Origin: Candidatus Latescibacterota bacterium
GTDB lineage: Bacteria; Latescibacterota; UBA2968; UBA8231
Assembly (NCBI GenBank): GCA_965217585.1
Contig: OZ244561.1
Coordinates: forward strand, 3,680,001 to 3,744,000
Direction of reading: 5' to 3'
DNA: 64,000 nt
The notes under the pieces are model-generated. The model ran no database searches, had not been told where the DNA came from, and saw nothing but the letters and a program-made list of their open reading frames with translations. A program made the translations under genes and the position numbers. This document shows, piece after piece, positions 1 through 9,907 of this stretch. The stretch's first letter is position 1. The number at the start of each line of letters is the position of its first letter.

Positions 1-3000
1 CCTCGTCTGTGTCTCGATTGCGGTTGCGGTCTCGGTCGTCGCGCCGCTGCGCCTTGCGGCTTTGTCCCGGGGACTTGCCCAAGTTCTTGAGCAGGGTCGG
101 AATTTTGAGATTGAGGCGTGCGGAGAGGTCGTTCTGGTTGTCGATGTCGAGGGTATTGAACGGCAAGCCGCTGATCGAATCGATCGGGGCCACCCCGCGC
201 CGCTGCGCTGGGTCGTTCTGCTCCCTGTAATTGGCCTTGAAGGTGTAGTTTTGGTCCAGCCACGAGATCAGGCGCAGCGAAAAGCCGAGGTCGGCCGTTT
301 GTCTGCGTCCGACCTCGCGCCCAAAGCTCCGCTTGTCGAGGGTGAATTTTTTTCGCAAGTCTCGGTCGATCTTGAGGTTGTAGTTGGCCGATAGACCGGA
401 GAGCGGATTGAGCTTAGAGGCATAGGTTTCGACGAGCGTAAAGTCCTCCTGCTCGGTCGGCTCGTCGTCGCCGCGACGCAGCAGCCGCGAAGTGCGCCGG
501 CTGCCGTTGACCGCGTAGGTCAGGCTCGAAGGCAGCGGGCGGAACTGCATCTGTGCCCAGCCTTTGGGCATGAACGCCGGCAGCCAACCCATGATCCGCA
601 GCGCCGGTTTGGGCAGGGGCATGCTGTAGTTGAAGCTCATCGTCTGTGCCTCGCGCTCGTTGATCGGGCGCACCGGGTCCGAGCTGTGTTCGCGCGAATG
701 CGAGAGCCTGAGGTTCATCTGGTCGAGGGTCCAGCGCAAGATGAAGTTTTTGCCCTGCCGCCGGCTGATGGATACGTCGTAGAATTCCTTGGAGCGGATG
801 GCCTGTTGCTCTCTCTTTTCTTCGGCGGTCAGCTCCACGTCCGATCCAGGACCGAAGCGCGGCAAGCTGGTCGTGCGGCTGAGGTTCACCTTGAGCGGAA
901 TCAAAAATCCCCAGCTACTCGGCAAGATCTTTTGCGCGTTGGTGGAGACCGATAGCGCGGCTTCGCGGTCCGTGCTGTTGCCTCCTTGGCCGGTAAAGCT
1001 GCGGAAATTTTCCTGCCGCCAAAGCACGTTGCCGCCGAGGTTGGCAAAGTCGGCTAGCTTGGTGTTGAGATGGGCGTACGCGGCCAGCCCGGGGTCGTTG
1101 CGCGCCTCGTCGAGGCGGAGTTCGTCGAGCAAAACCCGGCCGCTGTACGCGCGGTTTGCGGCCCGGTTGCGCAGGCCCATGCTCAGTTGTTTGATCGACT
1201 GCATCGACGGGTTGCCGCGCACCCGGTAAATGGTTTCCTCGCCGCTGCGCAGGCCCGACCGCGCAAAGACTTGGTCTAGGGAAAAGCGCTCGACTTGGGG
1301 GTCGTAGCCGGCCATGTGGAGCGCTTCCAGCTCGCGTTGGGCGATCTCGGTCTGGCCGTCTAGCGGTGCCCCGCGCGGGTCGATTACCCGGTAGGTGTAG
1401 TAGAACTCGCCCGTGGTGGTATCGGCCCGCCCGGATTGCAGCAGGGCCTTGAGCTGGGAGATGGCCGGCAGATCTACATCTACTTGATTGCCCTTCCAGC
1501 CCTTACGCCCGCCTTCCCAACCCGGGAAGATGGGGCTGATGGCCTCGTAGTAGTTGGTCGAATCCACGCCAAAGCGCACGAAGAGCACCAAGTCGCTCGA
1601 ATCGCCGTGTGCGTATTCAATGGTCCCACTCGAGTCGCCATAGACGTACATGCGCAGCCGCTCGTAGCTGGTGTAATTGGCAGGTCGGGTCAGGATTCTA
1701 GTTGCCGACATCTGGTGCCCAGGCTCTAGGTTGTCGTAGGCCAGCACGAGCGACTGCTCGCGTTCGCGGGTGCGCGACTGCACGTTGCGGCGGATCTTCA
1801 CGCCAGGTGGCGGCCGGTAGCTTTGGCTTTTGTCGGTGCCGATGACCGTGACGTCGAGGGCCTCGCGGTCGCCGATCGGAAAGCGCTCGTCGAGCCGTAC
1901 CACGTCGTCTTCCTGCCACTTGTTACCCACGATCTCCACGAGCGCGATCTCGGCCCGCACGGGGTCCTCTACGCCCGGTCGCGGTCCGCTCGAAAGCATC
2001 AGGCGCGCGTATTCGATGCGGGTGGAGTCGGGTAAGCCCACGCGCCCGACGTGGGGACCGAATAGGGGCACCCGGAGCTGACGCCAGCCCTCGTTTTGGG
2101 TACCGGCGACTTCGTAGTGGATCGAGGACAGGTCGATCTCGTAGTGGTAGTAATTGTTGCGCCGGTCGAGCACGCCGTTGTTGTTGAGGTCTTCCGTATC
2201 CGGGCGGTCGCCGCTTTCGACGTCTTTTTTATTGTTCTCGGTTCCGTTGATGTGGCTGTAATCGTTCTTGTTGCGCTGGCCGTCGTATTTCCAGTTGTCT
2301 CCTTCGGGATCGTCGGCCGAGCGGTTGGGACGCAGGGGGTCGGGGTCCGGGTAGAGCGCGGCGAATGCCTGCTTCCGCTCGGCTAGGGAGCGGGTAGTGT
2401 CGAACGCGGCGTCTTGCAGGCGCAAGTAGAAGTTCAACTCGGCCTCGTCGTCGCGACCGTCGATGCCCAAGTCCTCCTCCCGAGACACCAACCCGTCGCC
2501 CGCAGCTTGCCCGGGGAACGGCTCGTCTTCGGTGTCGAGGCGGCCGTTGGCGATGTAGTCCTCGTTGATTTGGTCGCCCAAGTTTAGGTGCAAGGTGCCC
2601 TCCCGGCCGCGGACCCAGATTTCTATGAACTTGGATTCAGAGAAGTCGTTGACGGTCGAGAAAGCGAGGGAGATCCCCCCCCAGGACTCGGTGGTTTCGA
2701 GGCGCGGCGTCAGCTCTAGCGACAGGATGTCGGTGCGTCGATTTTGGGCTTCGATTTGCTCTTCTTGGTTGGGCCAAACTTCGGTTCGCAGCACCCCGTT
2801 GTAGGGATTGTACCAGGTGAAGCGTGCGCGGTTTTCCGCGCCGAAGCGCGCGCTGGGCGGTGCGCTGGCCGGTGCCCAGCGCGGGCGGTTGACGATCAGT
2901 GAGGTGGGCTGCTCGCTGGCTTCAAAGTCGTCGATGTAGCCGCGTCCCTTGGTGTTGAGATTGGGGCGGCTTTGCGCGATTTCGGCGTCTAAGGTCACTT

Positions 3001-5326
3001 CGGAGGGAACCGCCGTCTTGACCAGCGGCAGCATATCGACGATGCGGGTGAGGACTGGCACTTCGCGCCGGGCGCGCAAGTCGAAATTCCATATCACTGT
3101 GCGCTTCGGTTCATTGCCCACCCGCACCCGCCGGTCACTCGAACGCTCGTTGTTGTAGATCATGGTGCTGCCCACCCGCCCGTCGCCTCCCCAGAACTCG
3201 TACTCGGTGCGCAGGCCCAACAGGGTCTTCTGCTGGCTGCCGATGTTGAAGACGTCCTCGGACTCAAAGGAGATTTCCAAGTCGGCACCGGGGTCGGCCA
3301 CTTCCTGAGCGACGGCACCGACAAACGTCACGCTGCCCGTGAAATCGACTCGGTATTCAGTATCCCGTGTCAGTGGGCGGCCGTTTAGCTGGACCTCCAC
3401 GGTCTCAGGCCGGACATTGCCGAAGATCCCGCCCAGCCGAATGCGCTGCTCCGAGGAGGCGGCGCGGACGAGGATTTTGTAGCGGCTAGCCTCGATCTGG
3501 GCGCGCTGCTGCTGCTCGTCGTAGATGGCGGGGACGGGTTCATCGAGTTCGCCGCGATATTTGTTGGAGCGCGGATCAAAGGGCCGCTGGTCGGGGAAAA
3601 TCAAGTGCCCGCGGATGTCGTCTAGCCCTATGTAGTCGGCGTCGACGACGCGGTCGGGTGCGCTGCCGGGGTCTTTGCCGCGCTCGTCCAAGCCCAAAAT
3701 CTGCAAGTAGGATTGGCCCTTTTGCGAAAGTTGGTCCTCTTGGCCGGGCACTTCCTTGGCGATATCGACCTGCAAAGTCTTGGGATCGAAGCGGCGGCCG
3801 GTGGAATACCCGGAGGCAATGCGGTAGACGTTTTTCCACTCTAGGTTCCAAGTGGGAAAACCCGGGCGGGCGTTGCGGGCCTTGATCAGCTTTAGGTGCA
3901 AGGAGTCGGATGCTGCGCTGGCGTTGAGCCGAGCCGTCTCGTGTTGGAGGGTGCCGTCGAAGTCCGGCGCGCGAGTTTTGAAATGCACGGCCATGGCATA
4001 CGGGTCGGATACGGGTCTGTTGAGCACGATATAACCCGCCTCGGCCAGGACCGCATAGTCGTCGTCCGGGTCGAGCCGATGCCAGGTCCCCTCCTCAAAG
4101 CAGCCGCTGTTGCGCAGGCGATTGCCCGCCGCGTCAAAGCACTCGATGGTGGCGAGGGAGTCGGACGGATCGACCCAAGCCGTGCCGGGCTTGGCGAATA
4201 GCTCGGCGTCATTCCTCGTATTGAAGTCGTTGATATAGACTTCGAGGCGGCTGATATCGACGAAGTTTTCCGAGCCAAACTGCGCTCCGTCCAACAGCCG
4301 GCGGAAGTCGAGGAGGTGGGTGCGGTAGAATTCGTGCAAGAAGAAGTACGTATTGCGGATGTATTGGTAGTCTTTGAGCTGGAGCGTGTCGATGGCCGCT
4401 CCGCCCTTGAAGGTCTGGCGGTTGGACTTGCTCTTTTCGTGGCTGGCCACGGTCGTAAAGGCCAGCGGACCGATATGCCCCTTAGCGCGGATGCCGAAGA
4501 GGCCCTTGTTCTTCTGCCGAAAGCCGACGAAGCGAGTATTGGGCAGTTCTAGGGTGGTATTGCCGGCCTGTATCTCTTGGAATATGGAGTCTTCTTCGCC
4601 ATCGTAGTCGAGCTTGATCTGGTTGGATAGCTGATCGCCCAAATTGGAGCTAAGAGCCGAGCCGAGGTTTTGGGTGTCTTGGTCGATGCGCACGCTGATC
4701 AGCTCGCCGACTTTGCCTTCCACCGTGAAATCGGACTCCTGTTCGATGCCCAGCGCGGGGAACTTTGAGCTCCGTCCAAACGAGGTCTGTACCTCGCCGT
4801 CGGTCCACTCGCTCTTGCCAGAAATGATGATGGTGCGCGAGCCATTGAGCACGAGGCTGGGGCCTTCGTCGCCGATAAAGCGCCGCAGGGGCTTGGGGGC
4901 GGCAAAGGGCACAGTCCACTCGAAGCGGCTGCCCTTGCGTCGGCGCTGCTCAGAGGCTGTGCTGCGAAAGTCGCGGCGGATCTGCTGGTGCCAAAGCTGC
5001 CGGTGCTCGGCTTGGTATTCCATGTGGAGATAATCGTCTATAGCCACGGCGACCGTCAGTCCCTCGGCGAACCCGCTGACGCGGCGGCCGTAGTGGGCCA
5101 TTCCCACGGAGTCCACTGCGGCTTGATACGAGATCGGCGCGCGGCTAGGGGCGGGCAAGAGCGGCTGAGCGACCCCAAAGGCGGCTTGGCGAGGGGCCGC
5201 AAAGCGCTGGGAAAGCGGGCCGTACAGTGGATCGAAATGCAGGCCAGGCTCGGCGTGCGCCACTGCCGCGAGCAAGCAAACACACAGCCACAAGGGAAAC
5301 GCTTGGACGGAAAAGCGGAGAAACAC
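1..5326 (-). CDS. sprA: SprA/Sov-like cell-surface protein (T9SS translocon homologue), 3' end runs off the window
   Basis: Hand-translated frame is consistent at positions 1, ~3388 and 5326. GTG start, signal peptide MFLRFSVQAFPLWLCVCLLAAVAHA. SprA-type motifs IFQEIQAGNTTLELPNTRFVG...GLFGIRAKG and PDTEDLNNNGVLD. No stop in the window, so absent from the ORF track. Confidence 0.85.
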   Translation of the reverse strand, partial: MFLRFSVQAFPLWLCVCLLAAVAHAEPGLHFDPLYGPLSQRFAAPRQAAFGVAQPLLPAPSRAPISYQAAVDSVGMAHYGRRVSGFAEGLTVAVAIDDYLHMEYQAEHRQLWHQQIRRDFRSTASEQRRRKGSRFEWTVPFAAPKPLRRFIGDEGPSLVLNGSRTIIISGKSEWTDGEVQTSFGRSSKFPALGIEQESDFTVEGKVGELISVRIDQDTQNLGSALSSNLGDQLSNQIKLDYDGEEDSIFQEIQAGNTTLELPNTRFVGFRQKNKGLFGIRAKGHIGPLAFTTVASHEKSKSNRQTFKGGAAIDTLQLKDYQYIRNTYFFLHEFYRTHLLDFRRLLDGAQFGSENFVDISRLEVYINDFNTRNDAELFAKPGTAWVDPSDSLATIECFDAAGNRLRNSGCFEEGTWHRLDPDDDYAVLAEAGYIVLNRPVSDPYAMAVHFKTRAPDFDGTLQHETARLNASAASDSLHLKLIKARNARPGFPTWNLEWKNVYRIASGYSTGRRFDPKTLQVDIAKEVPGQEDQLSQKGQSYLQILGLDERGKDPGSAPDRVVDADYIGLDDIRGHLIFPDQRPFDPRSNKYRGELDEPVPAIYDEQQQRAQIEASRYKILVRAASSEQRIRLGGIFGNVRPETVEVQLNGRPLTRDTEYRVDFTGSVTFVGAVAQEVADPGADLEISFESEDVFNIGSQQKTLLGLRTEYEFWGGDGRVGSTMIYNNERSSDRRVRVGNEPKRTVIWNFDLRARREVPVLTRIVDMLPLVKTAVPSEVTLDAEIAQSRPNLNTKGRGYIDDFEASEQPTSLIVNRPRWAPASAPPSARFGAENRARFTWYNPYNGVLRTEVWPNQEEQIEAQNRRTDILSLELTPRLETTESWGGISLAFSTVNDFSESKFIEIWVRGREGTLHLNLGDQINEDYIANGRLDTEDEPFPGQAAGDGLVSREEDLGIDGRDDEAELNFYLRLQDAAFDTTRSLAERKQAFAALYPDPDPLRPNRSADDPEGDNWKYDGQRNKNDYSHINGTENNKKDVESGDRPDTEDLNNNGVLDRRNNYYHYEIDLSSIHYEVAGTQNEGWRQLRVPLFGPHVGRVGLPDSTRIEYARLMLSSGPRPGVEDPVRAEIALVEIVGNKWQEDDVVRLDERFPIGDREALDVTVIGTDKSQSYRPPPGVKIRRNVQSRTREREQSLVLAYDNLEPGHQMSATRILTRPANYTSYERLRMYVYGDSSGTIEYAHGDSSDLVLFVRFGVDSTNYYEAISPIFPGWEGGRKGWKGNQVDVDLPAISQLKALLQSGRADTTTGEFYYTYRVIDPRGAPLDGQTEIAQRELEALHMAGYDPQVERFSLDQVFARSGLRSGEETIYRVRGNPSMQSIKQLSMGLRNRAANRAYSGRVLLDELRLDEARNDPGLAAYAHLNTKLADFANLGGNVLWRQENFRSFTGQGGNSTDREAALSVSTNAQKILPSSWGFLIPLKVNLSRTTSLPRFGPGSDVELTAEEKREQQAIRSKEFYDVSISRRQGKNFILRWTLDQMNLRLSHSREHSSDPVRPINEREAQTMSFNYSMPLPKPALRIMGWLPAFMPKGWAQMQFRPLPSSLTYAVNGSRRTSRLLRRGDDEPTEQEDFTLVETYASKLNPLSGLSANYNLKIDRDLRKKFTLDKRSFGREVGRRQTADLGFSLRLISWLDQNYTFKANYREQNDPAQRRGVAPIDSISGLPFNTLDIDNQNDLSARLNLKIPTLLKNLGKSPGQSRKAQRRDDRDRNRNRDTDE

Positions 5327-5830
5327 TTCTAAATTTGCACCTATCGACGTTTATCGTTTGACATGCTCCCAAGCCCCAAGGGGCGGAAGTTATAGGGCGT
5401 CAAACATCGAGCCATCGCCGAATGCGCTCGGCGTGCTGCTCGGCAGTCTCAATTAAGAGAGCGGTCTTTCCATATGAGGTTTAGCGGAAACGACTCAGAA
5501 GCCTTCACTGGTGGTTCGGCCATGGCAAAAGCAATGCGCCGAGCGGCTTCTGTATTAACTAAACGCGATAGGCGGTCTCCAAACCTAGGAACAGGAGGAC
5601 GCTGCCCAGACGAGACGGGCAACACCTGAAAACATAGCATGTGGCTGTGATTATTTCAAGGAAGCCCTTGCAAAAACCATTCCCGTTGCACGGCGCGGGG
5701 AGTACTTTTTTGGACGGCGGTCTAAGTCGTTATATTTGAGGGAACTAGGCCCGTGGCCATCCGGGTACTCGCCGCTTGCGCCGAGCACCTCTGAGTGCCG
5801 CGCGCCACAGCCCCGTATCCCTTTCGACCC

Positions 5831-7129
5831 ATGACGACCCTGTCCCGCTACGTGCTCAAAGAGCACGCCTGGCCCTTTGCCCTCGGCTTTGCGCTGATTC
5901 TCTTCATCCTGCTGATCGACGTCGTATTGCAGACGATGGACCAAGTGCTGAGCAAGGGACTGACCCTGCTAGCCGCCCTCCAGCTTTTGCTCTTCAACTT
6001 GGCTTGGATCGTAGCGCTGGCCGTGCCCATGGCCGTGCTCATCGCCGTGCTCATGGCCTTTGCCCGCCTCGCCGCCGACGGGGAAATCATCGCGGCTAAA
6101 GCCTGCGGGGTGAGCTTTTGGCTACTCCTGCGGCCGGTGCTTGTATTCGCTTTGCTGCTCACTTTGCTGATGGTCCTTTTTAACGACCAGATCCTCCCGG
6201 ACTGGAACCACCAAGCCCGCGTCCTATCGTCGAGCTTGCAAAGGACCAAGGCCGCCTTGGTGCTGCGGGAAAAGGAAGGGGTCTTCATACCCAACTTGGG
6301 CGATTATCACCTGCTCATCCGTCAGATTGACCCGGCGACTAACGAACTGGCCGGCATTGCGCTCTACGACGCCTCGCGTCCCGGGCCGCCGGTGATTTTA
6401 CACGCCCCTAGGGGCCGCATTGCGCTGTTGGGAGATGGGGCTTACATCCGCTTAGAACTGGAGGAAGGCCATGTCCAGCGCGTCGAAGCCGGCCAAGAAG
6501 AGCGCTTTTTCTACGGCACCTTTGCCCGCCAAGTGCTGCACATCAAGGACGAGCGCCGCCGCTACGAACACCGCCCCTCGTCCTACCGTAGCGACCGCGA
6601 GCTAAACATCGCGGCCATGCGCCGCTTGGTGCTAGAGCGCCGCCGCGAGCAGGAGCGCGCCTACGGTCGCCTCGATTCGATTGCCGCGCGCTACCTCGCA
6701 CTGCACCAAGAGCAGCTCGCCGACTCTACGGCCGGCGCACTAGAGCGAGAAGGACAGCAGGCGGCCGAGGCCCTACGCCGACAGTGGCAGCACATAGACC
6801 GCCGCGAGGGGCGGATCAACGAATACTTGGTCGAAATTCACAAGAAGCTATCCATCCCGGCCGCCTGCTTGGTCTTCGCGTTGGTGGGCGCTCCATTGGG
6901 CGCGCTGATTCGCCGGCGCGGCGCAGCCGTCTCCGTCGGCATCAGTCTGTTCTTCTTTTGGATCTACTGGATGTTCCTCATCGGCGGCGAAGAGCTGGCC
7001 GACCGCGGCTATATCCCACCGCCTTTGGCGATGTGGGCACCCAATTTGGTCTTCGCCCTCGTCGGATGGGGGCTGTTGCGGGTGGTCGCGTATGACCGCG
7101 CCGGACGCCGAGGGACGAAAAATACCTGA
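5831..7129 (+). CDS. lptF: LPS export permease LptF
   Basis: LSRYVLKE N-terminus, RLAADGEIIAAKACGVS, HKKLSIP, LAMWAPN; paired with lptG. ATG at 5831 chosen as start. Confidence 0.88.
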   Translation: MTTLSRYVLKEHAWPFALGFALILFILLIDVVLQTMDQVLSKGLTLLAALQLLLFNLAWIVALAVPMAVLIAVLMAFARLAADGEIIAAKACGVSFWLLLRPVLVFALLLTLLMVLFNDQILPDWNHQARVLSSSLQRTKAALVLREKEGVFIPNLGDYHLLIRQIDPATNELAGIALYDASRPGPPVILHAPRGRIALLGDGAYIRLELEEGHVQRVEAGQEERFFYGTFARQVLHIKDERRRYEHRPSSYRSDRELNIAAMRRLVLERRREQERAYGRLDSIAARYLALHQEQLADSTAGALEREGQQAAEALRRQWQHIDRREGRINEYLVEIHKKLSIPAACLVFALVGAPLGALIRRRGAAVSVGISLFFFWIYWMFLIGGEELADRGYIPPPLAMWAPNLVFALVGWGLLRVVAYDRAGRRGTKNT

Positions 7130-7130
7130 G

Positions 7131-8204
7131 ATGCGCACCCTTGATCTCTATCTGACGCGCCGCTTTCTGTTGTGTTTGGGGATTGCCGTGGTCAGCCTGT
7201 TACTCATTGCGGTGATCATTGACCTCACCGAAAACATCGACACCTTTATCGACTTTGAGGCTCGCCCCAAGCAGATCTTGCTCTACTATGTCTATCGGGT
7301 GCCGTACTGGCTCATCCTGACCCTGCCCATCGCCGCGCTGCTCGGCGCGCTTTTTGCCCTGACCAGCTTAGCGCGCCAAAACGAAATCACCGCCATGAAG
7401 GCCACCGGCATTGGCCTGTATCGCCTGCTGGCCCCGGTCTTGGCGTGTGCCCTCGCCGTTGCGGTCGCGGCTTTTTTCTTTACTGACTGGGTGGTCCCGG
7501 CCGCCACCTATCAGTACAACCAAATCAGCGACGAGATTAAGTCCTATCACCGCAGCGATGGCTCCCGCCGCCAAGTCCTGCTGCAAGACGCGGACAACCA
7601 GTTCGTGTACGCCCGCAGCTACGACGCGGGGCGGCAACGAGCCGACGAAGTGTCTTGGGAGCGGCTACACGGCTACGTCCCGCTGGAGCGCGCAGTGGCC
7701 CGGCGCATGGAATGGCGGGAAGGCACTTGGGTACTCCTCGAAGGCCGCCGCTTTCGCTTTGCCGCGGGCGAAGCCGTAGCGACTTCTTCCTTCGATACCC
7801 TATCCCTGCCGAGCTTGTCGTTGCTACCCAGCGACTTTGCCCGCCAGCAGAAGGAGCCCGAGGAAATGAACTATGCCGAGCTGGCCGACTACATCGCCCG
7901 CGCCACGCTCAACGGAGAGGATGCCACGCGTCAGCGAGTCGATTTGCACCTGAAAATATCCTTTCCCCTGACCAGCTTCATCATCATCGCCCTAGGCGCG
8001 ACCCTCGGTGCCAATGCCCGCCGCGCTGGCTTGGCCAATAGGTTCGGCTTGGGGGTACTGATTTGCTTTGCTTATTACAGTTGCGTCAAGGCCGGTCAAG
8101 CCCTCGGTTGGAATCAGGTGCTCGCGCCTTGGTTGGGCGCGTGGATAGCCAACCTGCTGTTTGCCGCCTTGGCCTTAGTGCTACTGTGGCGTGCGCACAA
8201 ATAA
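7131..8204 (+). CDS. lptG: LPS export permease LptG
   Basis: LDLYLTRRFL, LARQNEITAMKATGIG, HLKISFP, GAWIAN; ATG directly after the lptF stop. Confidence 0.88.
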   Translation: MRTLDLYLTRRFLLCLGIAVVSLLLIAVIIDLTENIDTFIDFEARPKQILLYYVYRVPYWLILTLPIAALLGALFALTSLARQNEITAMKATGIGLYRLLAPVLACALAVAVAAFFFTDWVVPAATYQYNQISDEIKSYHRSDGSRRQVLLQDADNQFVYARSYDAGRQRADEVSWERLHGYVPLERAVARRMEWREGTWVLLEGRRFRFAAGEAVATSSFDTLSLPSLSLLPSDFARQQKEPEEMNYAELADYIARATLNGEDATRQRVDLHLKISFPLTSFIIIALGATLGANARRAGLANRFGLGVLICFAYYSCVKAGQALGWNQVLAPWLGAWIANLLFAALALVLLWRAHK

Positions 8205-8233
8205 AAAGGCCGTTCGCCCGTCGACGAACGGCC
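8203..8233 (-). terminator. Intrinsic terminator between converging genes
   Basis: Hairpin GGCCGTTCG/CGAACGGCC with an A-run on the left, i.e. a U-tract on the minus strand. Confidence 0.6.
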
Positions 8234-8262
8234 CTTGGGGAGACTCGGATTGAAACAAATGC

Positions 8263-9264
8263 TCAGCGGATGCCTTGTTCTAGGTGGTAGATCTTGAGTT
8301 TGAGCGAGGCCGAGCGGGATTTCCAATTTTCTAGGAGAGCTGCCGCCTGTTGCCCTGCTTGGCCGTCGAGCCGTCCACTCAACCCGACTAATAGCTGGGC
8401 TAGACGGGCGACCTTGTCCTCGGAGGCACCGGAAGTGAGCCGCTCGAAGTGACCGATTAAATCGGCGTCCAGCGACAAGTCGGCGTGCTGGGTGATTCCG
8501 TGTAGGAAGCGGGCATGGCTGCGAGCAAAGGCGGCATCTTCGCTGCTCTTGCTGAGTAGGTGGCGCAGCAGCTTGGCCGATGGGGCCTCTTGGAGGACCT
8601 CGGTGGCCATCCGCGCCGCCTGCTGCCAGATGCGGGCTTGTGCAGCCGAAGTCATGGTTTGTGGCAGCCCGGCCTCGACGAAGAGCGCGAAGAGCGGTAC
8701 CTGCGGCAAGTGTGCCAAGAACGCGCGCAAGAGGCTCTCGTTGGGGTCGCACTTGAGGAGGCAATCGACCGCATAGGGCACCATAGAGGGATGGGTACGG
8801 CGAATTTTGTCGAGGAGTATGGCTGCGATGTCGGCTGGGGGACCCGCGGCTAGCGCTGTGGTGATCGGCGCGAGGGTCTGGCGGCTGATCGGCACGCCCT
8901 GTGCAGCCTCGCGGGCGACCGCACGCTCTTTGCTCGTTAGGAATTGGGCGACCTCGTCGCACTGGCGCAATGCTTGCACCAAGGCCGCGGCTGGGCGGGG
9001 GTTGTGCTCCTTGCGCGCTAACCGCACGATCTGGTGCAGCATGCGGAGCGAAGCCAGCCAAGAGCGGTGATGGCTCAAGATATCGATGGCCGCTAGCCGT
9101 CGGCTGTCGGCCGAGTCCTCGGCAATGGCCAAAAGCTGCTCCAAATCGTCCGTGCTGAGCACCAACCGATGTAGTTGGGCCTGTTCGCCTTTAAGCAATT
9201 GGTCTAGCGATGTTTCGGCGACCGGCGCAGCTTCTTGGCGCAAGTCGCGGATGTCCAACACCAT
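8263..9264 (-). CDS. Hypothetical all-helical (HEAT-like) protein
   Basis: 333-aa ATG ORF, Leu/Ala-rich amphipathic pattern, no catalytic motif recognised. Confidence 0.65.
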   Translation of the reverse strand: MVLDIRDLRQEAAPVAETSLDQLLKGEQAQLHRLVLSTDDLEQLLAIAEDSADSRRLAAIDILSHHRSWLASLRMLHQIVRLARKEHNPRPAAALVQALRQCDEVAQFLTSKERAVAREAAQGVPISRQTLAPITTALAAGPPADIAAILLDKIRRTHPSMVPYAVDCLLKCDPNESLLRAFLAHLPQVPLFALFVEAGLPQTMTSAAQARIWQQAARMATEVLQEAPSAKLLRHLLSKSSEDAAFARSHARFLHGITQHADLSLDADLIGHFERLTSGASEDKVARLAQLLVGLSGRLDGQAGQQAAALLENWKSRSASLKLKIYHLEQGIR

Positions 9265-9384
9265 AGGTTTTTGATCCCCTAGCTATGCCAAAGCGAGCGG
9301 CTGGCACAGCTAGCTAATATTAGCAGAAATGGAAACTGTTCTGCTCTATACGAGCGACAAAAAAGTAAGGGGAAGGTGCTGAAA

Positions 9385-9427
9385 TTTATCGCGGGGTTCT
9401 CAAACGTAAAACCCGCCCCGCGATAAA
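9385..9427. repeat. Intergenic palindrome (REP-like or terminator)
   Basis: TTTATCGCGGGG (9385-9396) and CCCCGCGATAAA (9416-9427) form a perfect 12-bp inverted repeat. Confidence 0.6.
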
Positions 9428-9457
9428 GCAAGCGAAAATATTGCCCTCTCTTTAAGC

Positions 9458-9907
9458 CTATTGGGACGCGCTGGCGATCTCTAGGCTGAAGGGGTCGGAT
9501 TCGTCCGCCAAGCGCACACTCAAGACCTGATCGCCGTCAATCGCGACCCGGATATTGCGCCGTACCCGAATCCCGTCTGCCGTGCGCGGCACGAGTACCA
9601 AGTCGAATTCCACTTCTAGACCGGCTGGCAGCACCCCGCCCGAAACCTCCATGCGCTGGCCGGCCGGCACGTGCGTGCGCACAATCCGCGGCGCGTCCGC
9701 ATCGGTCTCGTTGAGGTACGCCACTTCGAGATCGTAAGCTGTGTGGTTGGCGACTGAAACGGTCCCGGCCCGGCCGGCGGGTTCGGGGGGGGCCGGCGCA
9801 GGCGGTGCGGTGGGTGATTGGCCGTCGCAGCCGCTGAGCAGCCAAGCGGCTAGCAACAGCGCAACTCTTATTGTGCCGCGACGTGGGCTAATGCTCGGGC
9901 GATCCAC
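9458..9907 (-). CDS. Hypothetical lipoprotein
   Basis: Signal peptide with lipobox LLSGC, Pro-rich linker, small beta-rich domain; start overlaps the selA end. Confidence 0.7.
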   Translation of the reverse strand: MDRPSISPRRGTIRVALLLAAWLLSGCDGQSPTAPPAPAPPEPAGRAGTVSVANHTAYDLEVAYLNETDADAPRIVRTHVPAGQRMEVSGGVLPAGLEVEFDLVLVPRTADGIRVRRNIRVAIDGDQVLSVRLADESDPFSLEIASASQ

